From: an uncultured Collinsella sp.
GTDB lineage: Bacteria > Actinomycetota > Coriobacteriia > Coriobacteriales > Coriobacteriaceae
DNA: 39,928 nt
Direction: 5' to 3'
Assembly (NCBI GenBank): GCA_900550735.1
Contig: URTD01000001.1
Location: 1 to 39,928 of the forward strand
A model generated the notes under the pieces. The model was not told the origin of the DNA, did not search any database, and saw only the letters and a list, made by a program, of their open reading frames with translations. A program made the position numbers and the translations under genes. Below, in pieces: positions 20,501-29,525 of this stretch. How positions within the stretch are numbered: position 1 is the first letter of the stretch; each line of letters starts with the position of its first letter.

Positions 20501-23500
20501 CATTCGCGACGGTCTCAATGGGCGTGCCTTCCGCCTTGTCACCCTTGTACAGAGCGAACGAGAAGTCGCCCCCTGCGAGCTCACCGCCCGTGAAGTGCTT
20601 CTTCGCCTTGAGCGTTACCGAGGTCCCCTTCGGGTGGTACGTGTTCGTGAAGGTCTTCGAGTTGTCTTCACTCGTTACCTGCGGCGTGGCCGTCAGCGTG
20701 CCGGTGCCATCGTCCGCGACCGTCACCTTGTAGGTGAGGGCATGGTTGTCATAGACCATGCCGGCCTCCGCGCCCGGCTTCTCCGCGATGGTGTAGGTGA
20801 AGTCCTTGCTCGCGGCGCCGCCCAGGTCGGCGAGCTCGAAGTGGCGCGTAAAGCTGATCTTGCCATCGGCCTTATTCGTCGTGGTGGCGAGCACCTTGCC
20901 GTCGGCGTCCTTCAGCTCGAACGTGTACTCGCCGCCCTTCAGCTTGGTGTCGTGCGTGAAGCCCGGCGCGACCGCAACGACCTTGGTCGCCGTCAGCTCC
21001 ACGGATCCCTTTGCGGTGTAGGTGTTCGTGAAGGTGGGGGCATCGGCCTTGTCACCATCGTAGGCAACGGCGGCGTCCAGCTTACCAGCTTTGTCCACGA
21101 CCTTCACCACGGCGTGGTGCACCGCGTCGTCGAAGGTCACGTGGGACAGGTCGCCCTTCTTCTCCACGATGGTGTACTTGTACTCGCCGGCCTTGGTGTA
21201 GTTGATGGCCGGGAAGGTGACGGTACCGTCCTCGCCGTTCTCGGCGCTCCGGATGGGTTGCTTGCCCTTCAGCTGCTCAGCCGTCAGATCGCCCTCGTAC
21301 AGGTCGAAGGCGAACTCGCCGCCCTTGAGCGCAGCCGGCGTGCTGTCGGACTTCACGTAGGCCTTCTTCGCCGCGAGCGCCACCGAGGTCCCGGCGGGCT
21401 GGTACTTGTTGGTGAAGGTCGGGATATCGTTCTTGCCGTCGTAAGTGACGGTCGCCTTCGCCTTGTCGCCCTCCGCCTTCACCGAGACGTGAACCCTCAC
21501 CTCCGTGGAATCGTAGGTGATGGTCGAGTCGCTGCCAGCGACCTCCTTGAGCGTGTAGTCGTACTCGCCCAGGTTCAGGTTCTCGACGGCCAGCTTGACG
21601 TTGCCGCCCCGGTCGTTGGTGCCCTTGGCGACCTCGTTGCCGGCCTGGTCGTACAGGCCGAAGGCGAACGCGCCGCCCGTCAGCGCCTTGCCCGTGAGGG
21701 TCTTCGTCGCCTCGACGGTTGCACCGGCCGTCGGCTTCGCGTTGGTGAAGGTCGGCACGGCCCTATCGCCGCCGTAGGTGGCGACCGCCTTTAGCGTGCC
21801 GTTCTTGTTATCAGTGACCCTAACGTGCACGTTCACCGTCTTGCCGTCGTACACGACGGTCGAGTCGTTGCCGGCAACCTCCTTGATGGTGTAGTCGTGA
21901 TCGCCCGGAGTGTCGTAGCCGATTGCCTGGAAGGTAATGTTGCCGTCCTTGTCATTCGCGACGGTCTCAATGGGCGTGCCTTCCGCCTTGTCACCCTTGT
22001 ACAGAGCGAACGAGAAGTCGCCCCCTGCGAGCTCACCGCCCGTGAAGTGCTTCTTCGCCGCCAGGGTCACGGAACCCTTCGCAGCATAGCTGTTGATAAA
22101 GGTGGCGAGGTTCACCTTGCCATCCTTGACCTCAGCCTTGATGGGCTTGGCCTCAGCGTCACCATCCTTCTTCACCGTCACGCCCGTGACGGTCAGCTTG
22201 GCGTCCACGTCCTCCACCGTCACCGTGGCGGTGTAAGCGGAGGCGTCCATCGTCCAGCCGGCGTTCTGCACGCCGTCCACCACCGCGTCGTCATCGGCGT
22301 CGTGCGCCTCGGAAAGCGTGAACGTGTATGTACCGGCCTTGTTGAACTTCATGCCGGAGAAGTCGACCGTCTGGCCGTCCTTACCTGTGATCGCGCCCTT
22401 CGTGGCCCGGGACTCCGCATGCGCGTCGCCCGCCAGGTCATCCGACACCGTCAGGTCGCCGGCAGCGATCTTCGCCTGCATGTCCGACGTGGCAGCCAGC
22501 GTGAACGAGAACTCCTTGTCCGTGCTCTCGGTGCCGGAAACCTTCTTCGTTACCTGTGGGGTCAGTTTGTCGCTGGCTTCCGCCGTGTAAGTGTTGGTAA
22601 ACACCAGCTTGTTGGCTTCGGCCAACGTGCCGTCGGTATTTTGCTTCGCGATCTTACCGGTGACGCTATCGCCTGCGTCCTTCAGATCCGTGGCACCCTG
22701 CTTGCGGCCGGTCAGCTTATAGCCCGCGGGCATCTGTTCTGCGCCGGTCAGCTCCTGCACCGTGTACTCGTCGCCCTCGCTAAGACCGTACACGCGAATC
22801 GTCTCGTCGGCCTTGATGGTTTGTGAATAGCCGTTCGTCAGGTTGAACACGTTGCCGACCCGCCGCTCGCCCGCAGTCCCCGCCTTCTCGAACACTGCAG
22901 CCTTGTAGGTCTTCCCCTCGGGCACGGTGAACTTGAAGGTGAACTTCGCGTCCTTATTGCCCGTCAGTCCCTTCGGCACCACGACATGCTTGGTCACTTC
23001 GAGGCTCGCCTCGCGCTTGTTAGCCACGCGCACACAGGTGGCACCCGTGAACAGGGCATTCAGGTTCATGTCGCCCAGATTGGCACGGGCACCTTTCGAC
23101 GTGGTCCCCTTGGGCCGCTCGTCCTGGGTGATACCCATACGTATCCAGCCCGTCTCGGTCTCCAGGCGGTAGGGTTTGCCCTCCTCGGTGGGCCCATACT
23201 GGTACATGCGTCCGTTAGCGCCGTACTTGAGGCGCACTGTGTCGTCTGCACCCACGGGTTCGACATCGGTCCACGTCAGGTTGCCGTTATCATTGGTCTC
23301 GCCATTCGAGGTCTGCCGCGTACCTTTGATCCACGTAAGCGTGTTGTCGATGTCGCCCTCTGCGCCAAACTGGCCCAGACTCTTCATGAGCGCGCCCGGG
23401 CCCACGAACGTCGAAACGCCGTCATCGTCCGTACCAGCATCGGCATGGACGCCGTAATCGTCCACAATCACCTTGGTGAGCGTGTCGTTAAGCAGGAAGC

Positions 23501-25874
23501 CCTTGGGAGCCGAGACCTCCTTTAGGAAGTAAGTTCCATTCACGAGCGGCATGTTACCGGCGCTTGTATTCGGGAATATGCCCGCACCTTCGAGCGGGAC
23601 CGGGTTGCCGACCGACCCCGTCGTCAGGGTGTCGTAGGGGGTCTGCTCGCCCTTGAGCACGACCTTGCCGTTCGCGTCTGTTGTCACCTGATCGGCCGTG
23701 TACAGGCCGAACTTCGCGCCGTCTACGGGGTTGCCCTCGGTATCGGTCTTCTGCACGAACAGGCGATTCTGGATGTTCGTGACGAGCAAGCGCGTGGCGA
23801 ACTGTCGCTTGAAGTTCGTGCCGTCTGCGATGTCGTCGCTGTACACGTGGACGGTGTTCTCGGGCGTCGCGTCGCCGATCGAGCTCGCCGTTGTGTGGTA
23901 GATGGCCACCGTGTACTCGGCATCCTTGCGGGCATCACCGCTCAGCAGGTAGTAGTACTTGGAGATGTCACCGGGCAGATTTTGAATCTCTACCTGGTAC
24001 TGGCCGCTTGTGTTGAGCGTGAAGGCGTGCAGGTCCTTCTTCGCCGCCTCGATAGCACCGGTCATGCCCGGCTCCTTGGCGAGGGTGTATCCCGCTCCCG
24101 TCGATGGGTCGCCCGACACGGCGTACCAATTGCTCGGATCTTTGATACCTGCGTCTGGGCTTTTGTCGCGCTTGAGCACCACAGCGAACAGTATGCCGGA
24201 GTCCAGATTGACGGTCTTGTCGGACTTCGTCAGGTCATTATTTGCCTTGTACACGGTCAACGGCGCGGTGATGGTCTCCTTCGCGGCGGCGAACGCACCG
24301 GTCTTCCACACGACGCTGCCCGCATCCATACCGCCGCGGTTGATGATGACGCCGCCCGCGCCGTTCTCAGCGCTCGCGGGCACGTACTCGAGCTGCATGC
24401 TGCCGCCCGTCGCCGTGAGACTCGAGCGGTATCCCTCGGGCATGTGCGTCTCCTTCAGGAGGTAGTACTTGTTGTCGTGATTCTTGTTGTAGAGATCGTC
24501 GAAGTTGATGACGCCGTTGTCATCGTCGTTCGTGAGCGTTAGGTGGCCGGCCTCGTCCGTGGTGCCAGAGCCGAGAAGCGCGTTCTCGTTATTGGTCGTA
24601 TCTGTAAATTTCCCGTCTGTTTTGTACAGCGCGAACTCGGCACCCTGTACGAACTTGCCGTCCTGGTCGAACTTGATGATGTCGGACTCGGGCACCGTCA
24701 CGAGGTTGAACTTGAGCTCCATGTTGGAGTCGGTAGCGCCGCGCTCCAGGTAGAAGAACTTGAGGGTGTGGTTGGTGTCGTCGGCGAAGGTGTTGTCGGC
24801 AAATCCCGAAATGTCCTTATTCGCCTCTTGGTACTTGCTCTTCAGCGTGCCGTTGTATTTGTCGTTTACCTTAATGTCGCCCGTATGAAAGTTGATGCTC
24901 AGACTCGCGCGGTTGTGAATACCGCCGATATCACCCACGAGGACATCATCGATGAACACCCAGACGTCATCATCGCCGGCGAACTCGAAGGTCATGTCAT
25001 TATTATTGTTCGTCAGGCCGCCCTTGGGCTGCACGAATCGCGTGGACATTGAGAGACCGAAGTGGTGGTTGACGGGTTTGCCGCCGTTGTAGCGCGAATC
25101 ACCGGTGTTGTCTGCCTTGATGCCGGTTTGGACGAGCTGGCCGTTTTCCTCTTTGAACACCTTGTCTGCCGCGTCGAACGGGAAGAACTGACCCTGGTGG
25201 GACGAATCGCCCACTTTGTCAATGCCCCAGGTGTTATAGATGTCGAAGGCATTCTTGTCAGCGTTGTAGGCTGCGTAGTTTTCGGAGCTGTCATAGACGT
25301 AGTAGCCGCCCTGAACCTTGAGGAGGCCCGTCACGCCAAAATGGGACGTCTTGCCGGTCTGGGCAGAGGAATCGAACAGGTAGCGGAGGGACTCGTCGCC
25401 CAAGGCTTCGGAAAGCTTCGGGTAGCCGTCTGAAAGCGTGTTGTTGACGATGTCGGGCCGCGGGCTCGTGCCGCCCGTCCATTGGTTGAGCGCCCCATCA
25501 CCCTTGCCGTCGTTAAACTGGAACTTGTGGCCTGCGTTGACGCCGCCGCTGCCGGAAACCGACAGATGGTCATCGGGATTCACCCAGTAATCAAACAGGT
25601 TGATCGTCGTCCCCGAGGGCGAGGTCGTCGGAACCGTGTGGTCGGAGATCGCCGCCTCGGCACGAAGCGGCAGGAAGAAGCTCGCCGTCAGCGCGACGGC
25701 GAGGGCCAGAACAATCGCATATGGCGAGGCCGGGCGCAGCCCACGACGACGGCCATAAGACATGACGGACCACCGCTCGCGCGGCCGGTGTTCACCAGGA
25801 AGTTCCCTGCTTAGACACCCCCCCCCGGTAGCAATATTCACGAGTCGAGACGTCGTCTCTCTGAGCTCCTGCAT
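17514..25874 (-). CDS. Giant sortase-anchored surface adhesin (2786 aa): fibro-slime/PA14-like head, SpaA/CnaB-like and FctA/Spy0128-like repeats, LPXTG anchor
   Basis: ATG 25874 after GGGGAGG; signal peptide ending AEA; FEFAGDDDVWVFID...DIGGIH...FFYLERG; many K...YTIxE...FTNTY repeats; Pro-rich linker, LPYTG, TM helix, RRRNR. Confidence 0.92.
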   Translation of the reverse strand: MQELRETTSRLVNIATGGGCLSRELPGEHRPRERWSVMSYGRRRGLRPASPYAIVLALAVALTASFFLPLRAEAAISDHTVPTTSPSGTTINLFDYWVNPDDHLSVSGSGGVNAGHKFQFNDGKGDGALNQWTGGTSPRPDIVNNTLSDGYPKLSEALGDESLRYLFDSSAQTGKTSHFGVTGLLKVQGGYYVYDSSENYAAYNADKNAFDIYNTWGIDKVGDSSHQGQFFPFDAADKVFKEENGQLVQTGIKADNTGDSRYNGGKPVNHHFGLSMSTRFVQPKGGLTNNNNDMTFEFAGDDDVWVFIDDVLVGDIGGIHNRASLSINFHTGDIKVNDKYNGTLKSKYQEANKDISGFADNTFADDTNHTLKFFYLERGATDSNMELKFNLVTVPESDIIKFDQDGKFVQGAEFALYKTDGKFTDTTNNENALLGSGTTDEAGHLTLTNDDDNGVINFDDLYNKNHDNKYYLLKETHMPEGYRSSLTATGGSMQLEYVPASAENGAGGVIINRGGMDAGSVVWKTGAFAAAKETITAPLTVYKANNDLTKSDKTVNLDSGILFAVVLKRDKSPDAGIKDPSNWYAVSGDPSTGAGYTLAKEPGMTGAIEAAKKDLHAFTLNTSGQYQVEIQNLPGDISKYYYLLSGDARKDAEYTVAIYHTTASSIGDATPENTVHVYSDDIADGTNFKRQFATRLLVTNIQNRLFVQKTDTEGNPVDGAKFGLYTADQVTTDANGKVVLKGEQTPYDTLTTGSVGNPVPLEGAGIFPNTSAGNMPLVNGTYFLKEVSAPKGFLLNDTLTKVIVDDYGVHADAGTDDDGVSTFVGPGALMKSLGQFGAEGDIDNTLTWIKGTRQTSNGETNDNGNLTWTDVEPVGADDTVRLKYGANGRMYQYGPTEEGKPYRLETETGWIRMGITQDERPKGTTSKGARANLGDMNLNALFTGATCVRVANKREASLEVTKHVVVPKGLTGNKDAKFTFKFTVPEGKTYKAAVFEKAGTAGERRVGNVFNLTNGYSQTIKADETIRVYGLSEGDEYTVQELTGAEQMPAGYKLTGRKQGATDLKDAGDSVTGKIAKQNTDGTLAEANKLVFTNTYTAEASDKLTPQVTKKVSGTESTDKEFSFTLAATSDMQAKIAAGDLTVSDDLAGDAHAESRATKGAITGKDGQTVDFSGMKFNKAGTYTFTLSEAHDADDDAVVDGVQNAGWTMDASAYTATVTVEDVDAKLTVTGVTVKKDGDAEAKPIKAEVKDGKVNLATFINSYAAKGSVTLAAKKHFTGGELAGGDFSFALYKGDKAEGTPIETVANDKDGNITFQAIGYDTPGDHDYTIKEVAGNDSTVVYDGKTVNVHVRVTDNKNGTLKAVATYGGDRAVPTFTNAKPTAGATVEATKTLTGKALTGGAFAFGLYDQAGNEVAKGTNDRGGNVKLAVENLNLGEYDYTLKEVAGSDSTITYDSTEVRVHVSVKAEGDKAKATVTYDGKNDIPTFTNKYQPAGTSVALAAKKAYVKSDSTPAALKGGEFAFDLYEGDLTAEQLKGKQPIRSAENGEDGTVTFPAINYTKAGEYKYTIVEKKGDLSHVTFDDAVHHAVVKVVDKAGKLDAAVAYDGDKADAPTFTNTYTAKGSVELTATKVVAVAPGFTHDTKLKGGEYTFELKDADGKVLATTTNKADGKISFTRHFELADLGGAASKDFTYTIAEKPGAEAGMVYDNHALTYKVTVADDGTGTLTATPQVTSEDNSKTFTNTYHPKGTSVTLKAKKHFTGGELAGGDFSFALYKGDKAEGTPIETVANDKDGNITFQAIGYDTPGDHDYTIKEVAGNDSTVVYDGKTVNVHVRVTDNKNGTLKAVATYGGDRAVPTFTNAKPTAGATVEATKTLTGKALTGGAFAFGLYDQAGNEVAKGTNDRGGNVKLAVENLNLGEYDYTLKEEKAGQTVDGVVYDAKEVKVHVKVEQNQDDNNKTKVTVTYDGTATAPTFNNTYDAKGSVTLTATKTIKVADGFDHTTKPTDGEFTFDLKDAAGNVLDTAKNDANGKVSFTREFQLSDLDGAASKDFTYTIVEQPGAEPGMVYDTHALTYTVKVTDGGNGALNAKAIVTSTSGPETFTNTYQPAATGLALGAQKSYVKKDDNTPIVLKGGEFTFDVYEGNLTAEQLAEANPVRTATNDTNGSVGFDAFSYAKPGTHEYTIVERKGDLAYVTYDAAVHHAVVTVADNAGTLQASVAYDGTDATKPTFTNTYEAQATDSGAIALTKSVNVHDGSYQLKAGDFAFELMGSDGSVIQTQKNDADGKVAFDKLTFDHAGTFTYTVREVQPTDDAPGVPGVTYTGKTYTLTYVVKDNNDGKLVVESSTVKPSEGTENGVTPNTMTFANSYQPGQTSYQISGTKVLENADPATTRTPADGEFTFALIDVATGQEIDRTTNVGKAFTFKAISYTATGSHAYQVKEVAGQDGTITYSDAVLDVTVNVTDDGSGQLTATANKTAADLTFTNTYTPTATTATITGTKALTGRDLAEGEFFFDLKDADGNVVQTVQNGADGTFGFAPLQLDKVGTYVYTVSERAGATANGVTYDTTVFTATVTVTENAETHALEAQVAYSKGGKAADAVAFSNSYAPAATEVKLGASKVLSGEDLKEGQFSFQLKDADGKVLQTAKNAADGTVGFEAISYDKPGTYAYSISEVDDGQKNVTYDAAEHRVTVTVTDDGAGHLVATVTYDGAVAPVFKNTYTPPTIPPTEPPTNPPSKSPVPKEEKPGLPYTGDTSLSPMALGGIAGGAVVLIAAGVILRRRNR
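20090..20607. repeat. 518-bp intragenic direct repeat, copy 1
   Basis: Matches 21542-22059 (offset 1452); main-frame and alternative-frame translations are identical. Confidence 0.9.
21542..22059. repeat. 518-bp intragenic direct repeat, copy 2
   Basis: Matches 20090-20607. Confidence 0.9.
25818..25826 (-). repeat. G9 homopolymer in the adhesin leader
   Basis: Nine C on the plus strand, read as GGG GGG GGG (Gly-Gly-Gly) at codons 17-19. Confidence 0.9.
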
Positions 25875-26059
25875 AATTTCCTCCCCAGTCACACGACGAC
25901 CCGCCCGGGCGCTCCCCGGGGGCCGAAACAGTCTGGCACATGCCCGCAGTCGTTCAAGGAATACCAACCCCAGCATATGTCTCTCAAGATATTTTAGCTT
26001 TTTATATAACAGTTTTCGTCTCATTACCGATGAAATCGGCTCAGCCCCTTTGTCGCATT

Positions 26060-27487
26060 CTAGAGCGTGTGGAGCAGGGCGATGAGAAAGCGGATGCCTT
26101 GGAGGTAGGCGCGACGGGTGACGCGCTCGTTGGTGCCGTGGACGCCGCGGTCGCATTCGTCATCGTCGACCACAAAGGCGGAGAAGCGGATGCACTCGTG
26201 GCAAATGCGCTGGTAGTTGGCGGCATCGGTTGCGCCAATCACGGTCGAGGGCACGATGCTCATCGGCTCTTGGCCCACCGCAGACGATCCGTTTTCCTCC
26301 GTCGGCTTGGGATCACGGAAATAGCGGGCGGCGATGGCGCGGACGGCCTCGAGCCCCGGACCGCCCACGCGCGGGGACGGCGAGGGCTCGGAGCTGCCGA
26401 GGCCCAGCTCGACCTCGACTCGGCCGGCGAGCCCAGCGGTGGCAACGGCCTCGCGGCAGCAGGCCACGACATCGGCCACGCTCGTACCCTCGAGCATGCG
26501 GAAGTTGATATTGACCCACATATCTTGCGGCATTACGTTGGCACCGGTACTGCCGCCCTCGATTTGCGTGGGCGCACAGGTGGTGGTCACAAGCGGGTAC
26601 AGCTTTTTGCTGGCAAGGCAGTCGCGCACGATGGCATCCTTGCTGGCAGCAATCTCGTCTGCGGTATAAAGCCCCAGCTCGACGAGCTGCGCGGCAAGCA
26701 GATCGGTCACACGCGCCGGCCACTCGATATCGCAAATCGCGGCAATAGCGCGGCTGAGCACTTCGAGCGACGTGCCACCGTAAGGGTTGGAAGAATGCCC
26801 GCCCTCGCTCTTCGTCCTGAGCACGATATCGGCATAGCCCTTCTCGGCAAGATCGGCATGCATAAGCCAACCCTCGCCTGCGCCGTACTCGGCAGCCTCA
26901 ACGATACGATAGTCACCCTCGTCAATCAGGTACTCAAGCTCAACGCCGCGCTCCTCGAGCACGCGGCCAATGGCACCCGCGCCGCACTGCGTGGTCTCCT
27001 CATCCTGGCCAAAGGCGAGGAGCAGCGTGCGCTCGTGCTGCCAACCGTGCGCCAGCGCATACTCAACCGCCTCGAGAATGCCTGCGACTTGGTCTTTCAT
27101 GTCGATGGCGCCGCGGCCCCAAATGTAGGCATCGTCCACATGTCCGCTAAAGGGGGCGTGCGTCCAATCGTCCTCGGTGCCCGGCACCACGGGAACCACG
27201 TCCATGTGGCCCATGAGCATAATGGGCTTGAGGGCAGGGTCGGAACCGCTAAGCGTCACCAATAGCGAATGATCGATAAGCTCGACCTCGCCCGCCGCGA
27301 ACACGTGCGGCCAAGCCTGCTGCATATACGCGCGCAGGTCGTCGAACGGCTGCCAGTCCACCGCCTCGGCATCCATGCTCGAAATGGTCGGAAACGACAG
27401 CACACGGCCCAGGCGCTCGCATGCGCCGGCCTTGTCCAAATCGGCAAAATCGTCCTCATGCGCAAAGAAGCGCCAAACCTCGGCCAT
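26060..27487 (-). CDS. M20 family metallopeptidase/amidohydrolase
   Basis: GHMDVVP, WGRGAIDMK, QDEE, DEG, GGHSS, ATDA, VHGTNE metal-binding motifs. Confidence 0.93.
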   Translation of the reverse strand: MAEVWRFFAHEDDFADLDKAGACERLGRVLSFPTISSMDAEAVDWQPFDDLRAYMQQAWPHVFAAGEVELIDHSLLVTLSGSDPALKPIMLMGHMDVVPVVPGTEDDWTHAPFSGHVDDAYIWGRGAIDMKDQVAGILEAVEYALAHGWQHERTLLLAFGQDEETTQCGAGAIGRVLEERGVELEYLIDEGDYRIVEAAEYGAGEGWLMHADLAEKGYADIVLRTKSEGGHSSNPYGGTSLEVLSRAIAAICDIEWPARVTDLLAAQLVELGLYTADEIAASKDAIVRDCLASKKLYPLVTTTCAPTQIEGGSTGANVMPQDMWVNINFRMLEGTSVADVVACCREAVATAGLAGRVEVELGLGSSEPSPSPRVGGPGLEAVRAIAARYFRDPKPTEENGSSAVGQEPMSIVPSTVIGATDAANYQRICHECIRFSAFVVDDDECDRGVHGTNERVTRRAYLQGIRFLIALLHTL

Positions 27488-27559
27488 GACATCCTTTCGA
27501 TTGTGACGACAAAGGCCGCCCCACGGGAGCGGCCCTGCAACGCAAGCGTTTGCGGTCGG

Positions 27560-28345
27560 TTATTTGTCCTCGAGATAGCGAGAGAGGAACTCGCGAGTGC
27601 GCTGGTGTTTGGGGTTGCCGAAGAGCTCGGCCGGCGCGGCATCCTCGAGCACCACGCCCTTGTCCATAAAGACCACGCGGTCGGACACCGTGCGGGCAAA
27701 AGCCATCTCGTGCGTGACGACGACCATGGTCATGCCGTCGGCCGCAAGCTTGCGCATGACCTCGAGCACCTCGCCCACGATCTCGGGGTCGAGTGCGGAG
27801 GTCGGCTCGTCGAACAGCATGATCTGCGGATTCATGCACAGGGCGCGCGCGATGGCCACGCGCTGCTTTTGGCCACCGGACAGGCGACCCACGGCGGCAT
27901 GCGCGAACTTTTCGAGCCCCACGCTCGTCAAATGCTCCATCGCGACCTTCTCGGCCTCGGCCTTGCTCATCTTTTTGAGCGTGACGGGCGCAAGCGTGCA
28001 GTTGTCGAGCACGTCCATGTTGTTGAACAGGTTAAAGCCCTGGAACACCATGCCGATGTCCTCGCGGAGTTTATTGATATTGCAGCGCTCGGCCGTGAGG
28101 TCCTGGCCGTGGAACCAGATGTGGCCCGCGTCCGGGGTCTCGAGCAGGTTGAGGCAGCGCAGGAAGGTCGACTTGCCCGAGCCCGAGGCGCCGATAATGG
28201 TAACGACCTCGCCGGGGTTAACGGACAGGTCGATGCCCTTGAGCACCTCGAGCGAGCCGAAGCTCTTGCGCAGGCCCTCGACGCGGATGAGCGGCTCATT
28301 GGTCTGTGCGGCGGCCGCGGTGCCGGTAGTGGCGATATCTGCCAT
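27560..28345 (-). CDS. Polar amino-acid ABC transporter ATP-binding protein
   Basis: [37 protein letters not shown] 28345 with GGAG RBS. Confidence 0.96.
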   Translation of the reverse strand: MADIATTGTAAAAQTNEPLIRVEGLRKSFGSLEVLKGIDLSVNPGEVVTIIGASGSGKSTFLRCLNLLETPDAGHIWFHGQDLTAERCNINKLREDIGMVFQGFNLFNNMDVLDNCTLAPVTLKKMSKAEAEKVAMEHLTSVGLEKFAHAAVGRLSGGQKQRVAIARALCMNPQIMLFDEPTSALDPEIVGEVLEVMRKLAADGMTMVVVTHEMAFARTVSDRVVFMDKGVVLEDAAPAELFGNPKHQRTREFLSRYLEDK

Positions 28346-28367
28346 GATGATTCTCCTCGTCTTGAGC

Positions 28368-29516
28368 CTAGTTGGAGCTGGGCAGCGTTGCCGGGGCCTC
28401 GGCGCCGAGCTTTTTGCCAAAGGCCTCGAGCAGGCGGCTCGCCACGAGCGTCAGGATCAGGTAAACCACGAGCGCCACGCAGTAGACCTCCATCTGGCGG
28501 TAGTACACGCCGGCGACGGTGGTGGTGGCGTACATGAGGTCGAACACGCCGATGACCGAGAGCACCGACGAATCCTTGATGTTGATGATGAGCTCGTTGG
28601 TGAGTGCGGGAATCGCGTTTTTAATACCCTGGGGGAACACGACCTTGCGCATAGCCTGCCACTGCGACAGGCCCAGCGAGCGCGCCGCCTCGGCCTGGCC
28701 GGGATCGATGGACTCGATGCCGCCGCGCAGGACCTCCATCATGTAGGCGGTGGAGTTGAGCGAGATGGTGACGAGGCCGGCGGTGAAGGTACTCCAAATC
28801 TGGTTGGCCTGGGCGGTCTCGAAGCCCATGCCGCGCAAAACGGTGAAGCCCGCGTAATAGATGAGCAGGCCCTGGACCATCATGGGCGTGCCGCGCACGA
28901 TGGTAGAGTAGACGGTCGCAAAGCCGCGGCCGATGCTCTTAAAGAAGCGCGTGAGATCGTTATCCACGCGATCGAACGTCTGAATACGCAGGAACACAAA
29001 GAGCAGTGCCAGGAAAAAGGCAATGACGGTACCAAGGGTCGCAAGCGCAATGGTGATTTCGATGCCGCGAATAAAGAAGTCGCCGCTCTTATAGGTCATG
29101 TAGACCAGGCTCGGCAAAAAGTCGCTGGGATTGGAGTCCGAGACAATGCTCACCTGCACCAGGTCGATAAACGACATGACACAGCGGTCGACAAAGAAGA
29201 TCGCCGCGATGGCGACCACGACGTAGCTGCCTAAGCGCGCGCCGCGACGGAAGCGCTCGGATGCGAACGGCGACTTTTCGCGATAGTCGTTCCAGTGCAT
29301 GAGTTTGGTGACGAGCGCCGCCGCCGACACGACGAGCCAGGCCCAAAGAATCGCCCAAAGGCAATCCTGGAAAATACCGGTGGGGGCCAAGAAGCTCAGC
29401 GGCGTGGGGTTGCGCTGACTAAACGCCAGGCCGAGCGCCGCGATAACGCTCGTGCCCAGGTACACGTAACGGTGGTCGGCCTTGATAAAGGAGGCCAGGC
29501 GATTGATGGTTTTCAT
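28368..29516 (-). CDS. Polar amino-acid ABC permease with extra N-terminal membrane segment
   Basis: [26 protein letters not shown] (EAA loop), IKDSS. Confidence 0.93.
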   Translation of the reverse strand: MKTINRLASFIKADHRYVYLGTSVIAALGLAFSQRNPTPLSFLAPTGIFQDCLWAILWAWLVVSAAALVTKLMHWNDYREKSPFASERFRRGARLGSYVVVAIAAIFFVDRCVMSFIDLVQVSIVSDSNPSDFLPSLVYMTYKSGDFFIRGIEITIALATLGTVIAFFLALLFVFLRIQTFDRVDNDLTRFFKSIGRGFATVYSTIVRGTPMMVQGLLIYYAGFTVLRGMGFETAQANQIWSTFTAGLVTISLNSTAYMMEVLRGGIESIDPGQAEAARSLGLSQWQAMRKVVFPQGIKNAIPALTNELIINIKDSSVLSVIGVFDLMYATTTVAGVYYRQMEVYCVALVVYLILTLVASRLLEAFGKKLGAEAPATLPSSN

Positions 29517-29525
29517 GCTGCCTCC

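Noticed and set aside
17700..22600. Periodic repeats that might suggest a CRISPR array or diversity cassette
   Set aside because: They are in-frame protein domain repeats; no constant repeat with unique spacers, and no cas, reverse transcriptase or invertase gene in the window
25875..26156. 94-aa N-terminal extension of the adhesin ORF
   Set aside because: Overlaps the M20 gene end and an AT-rich intergenic region; the strong RBS is at ATG 25874
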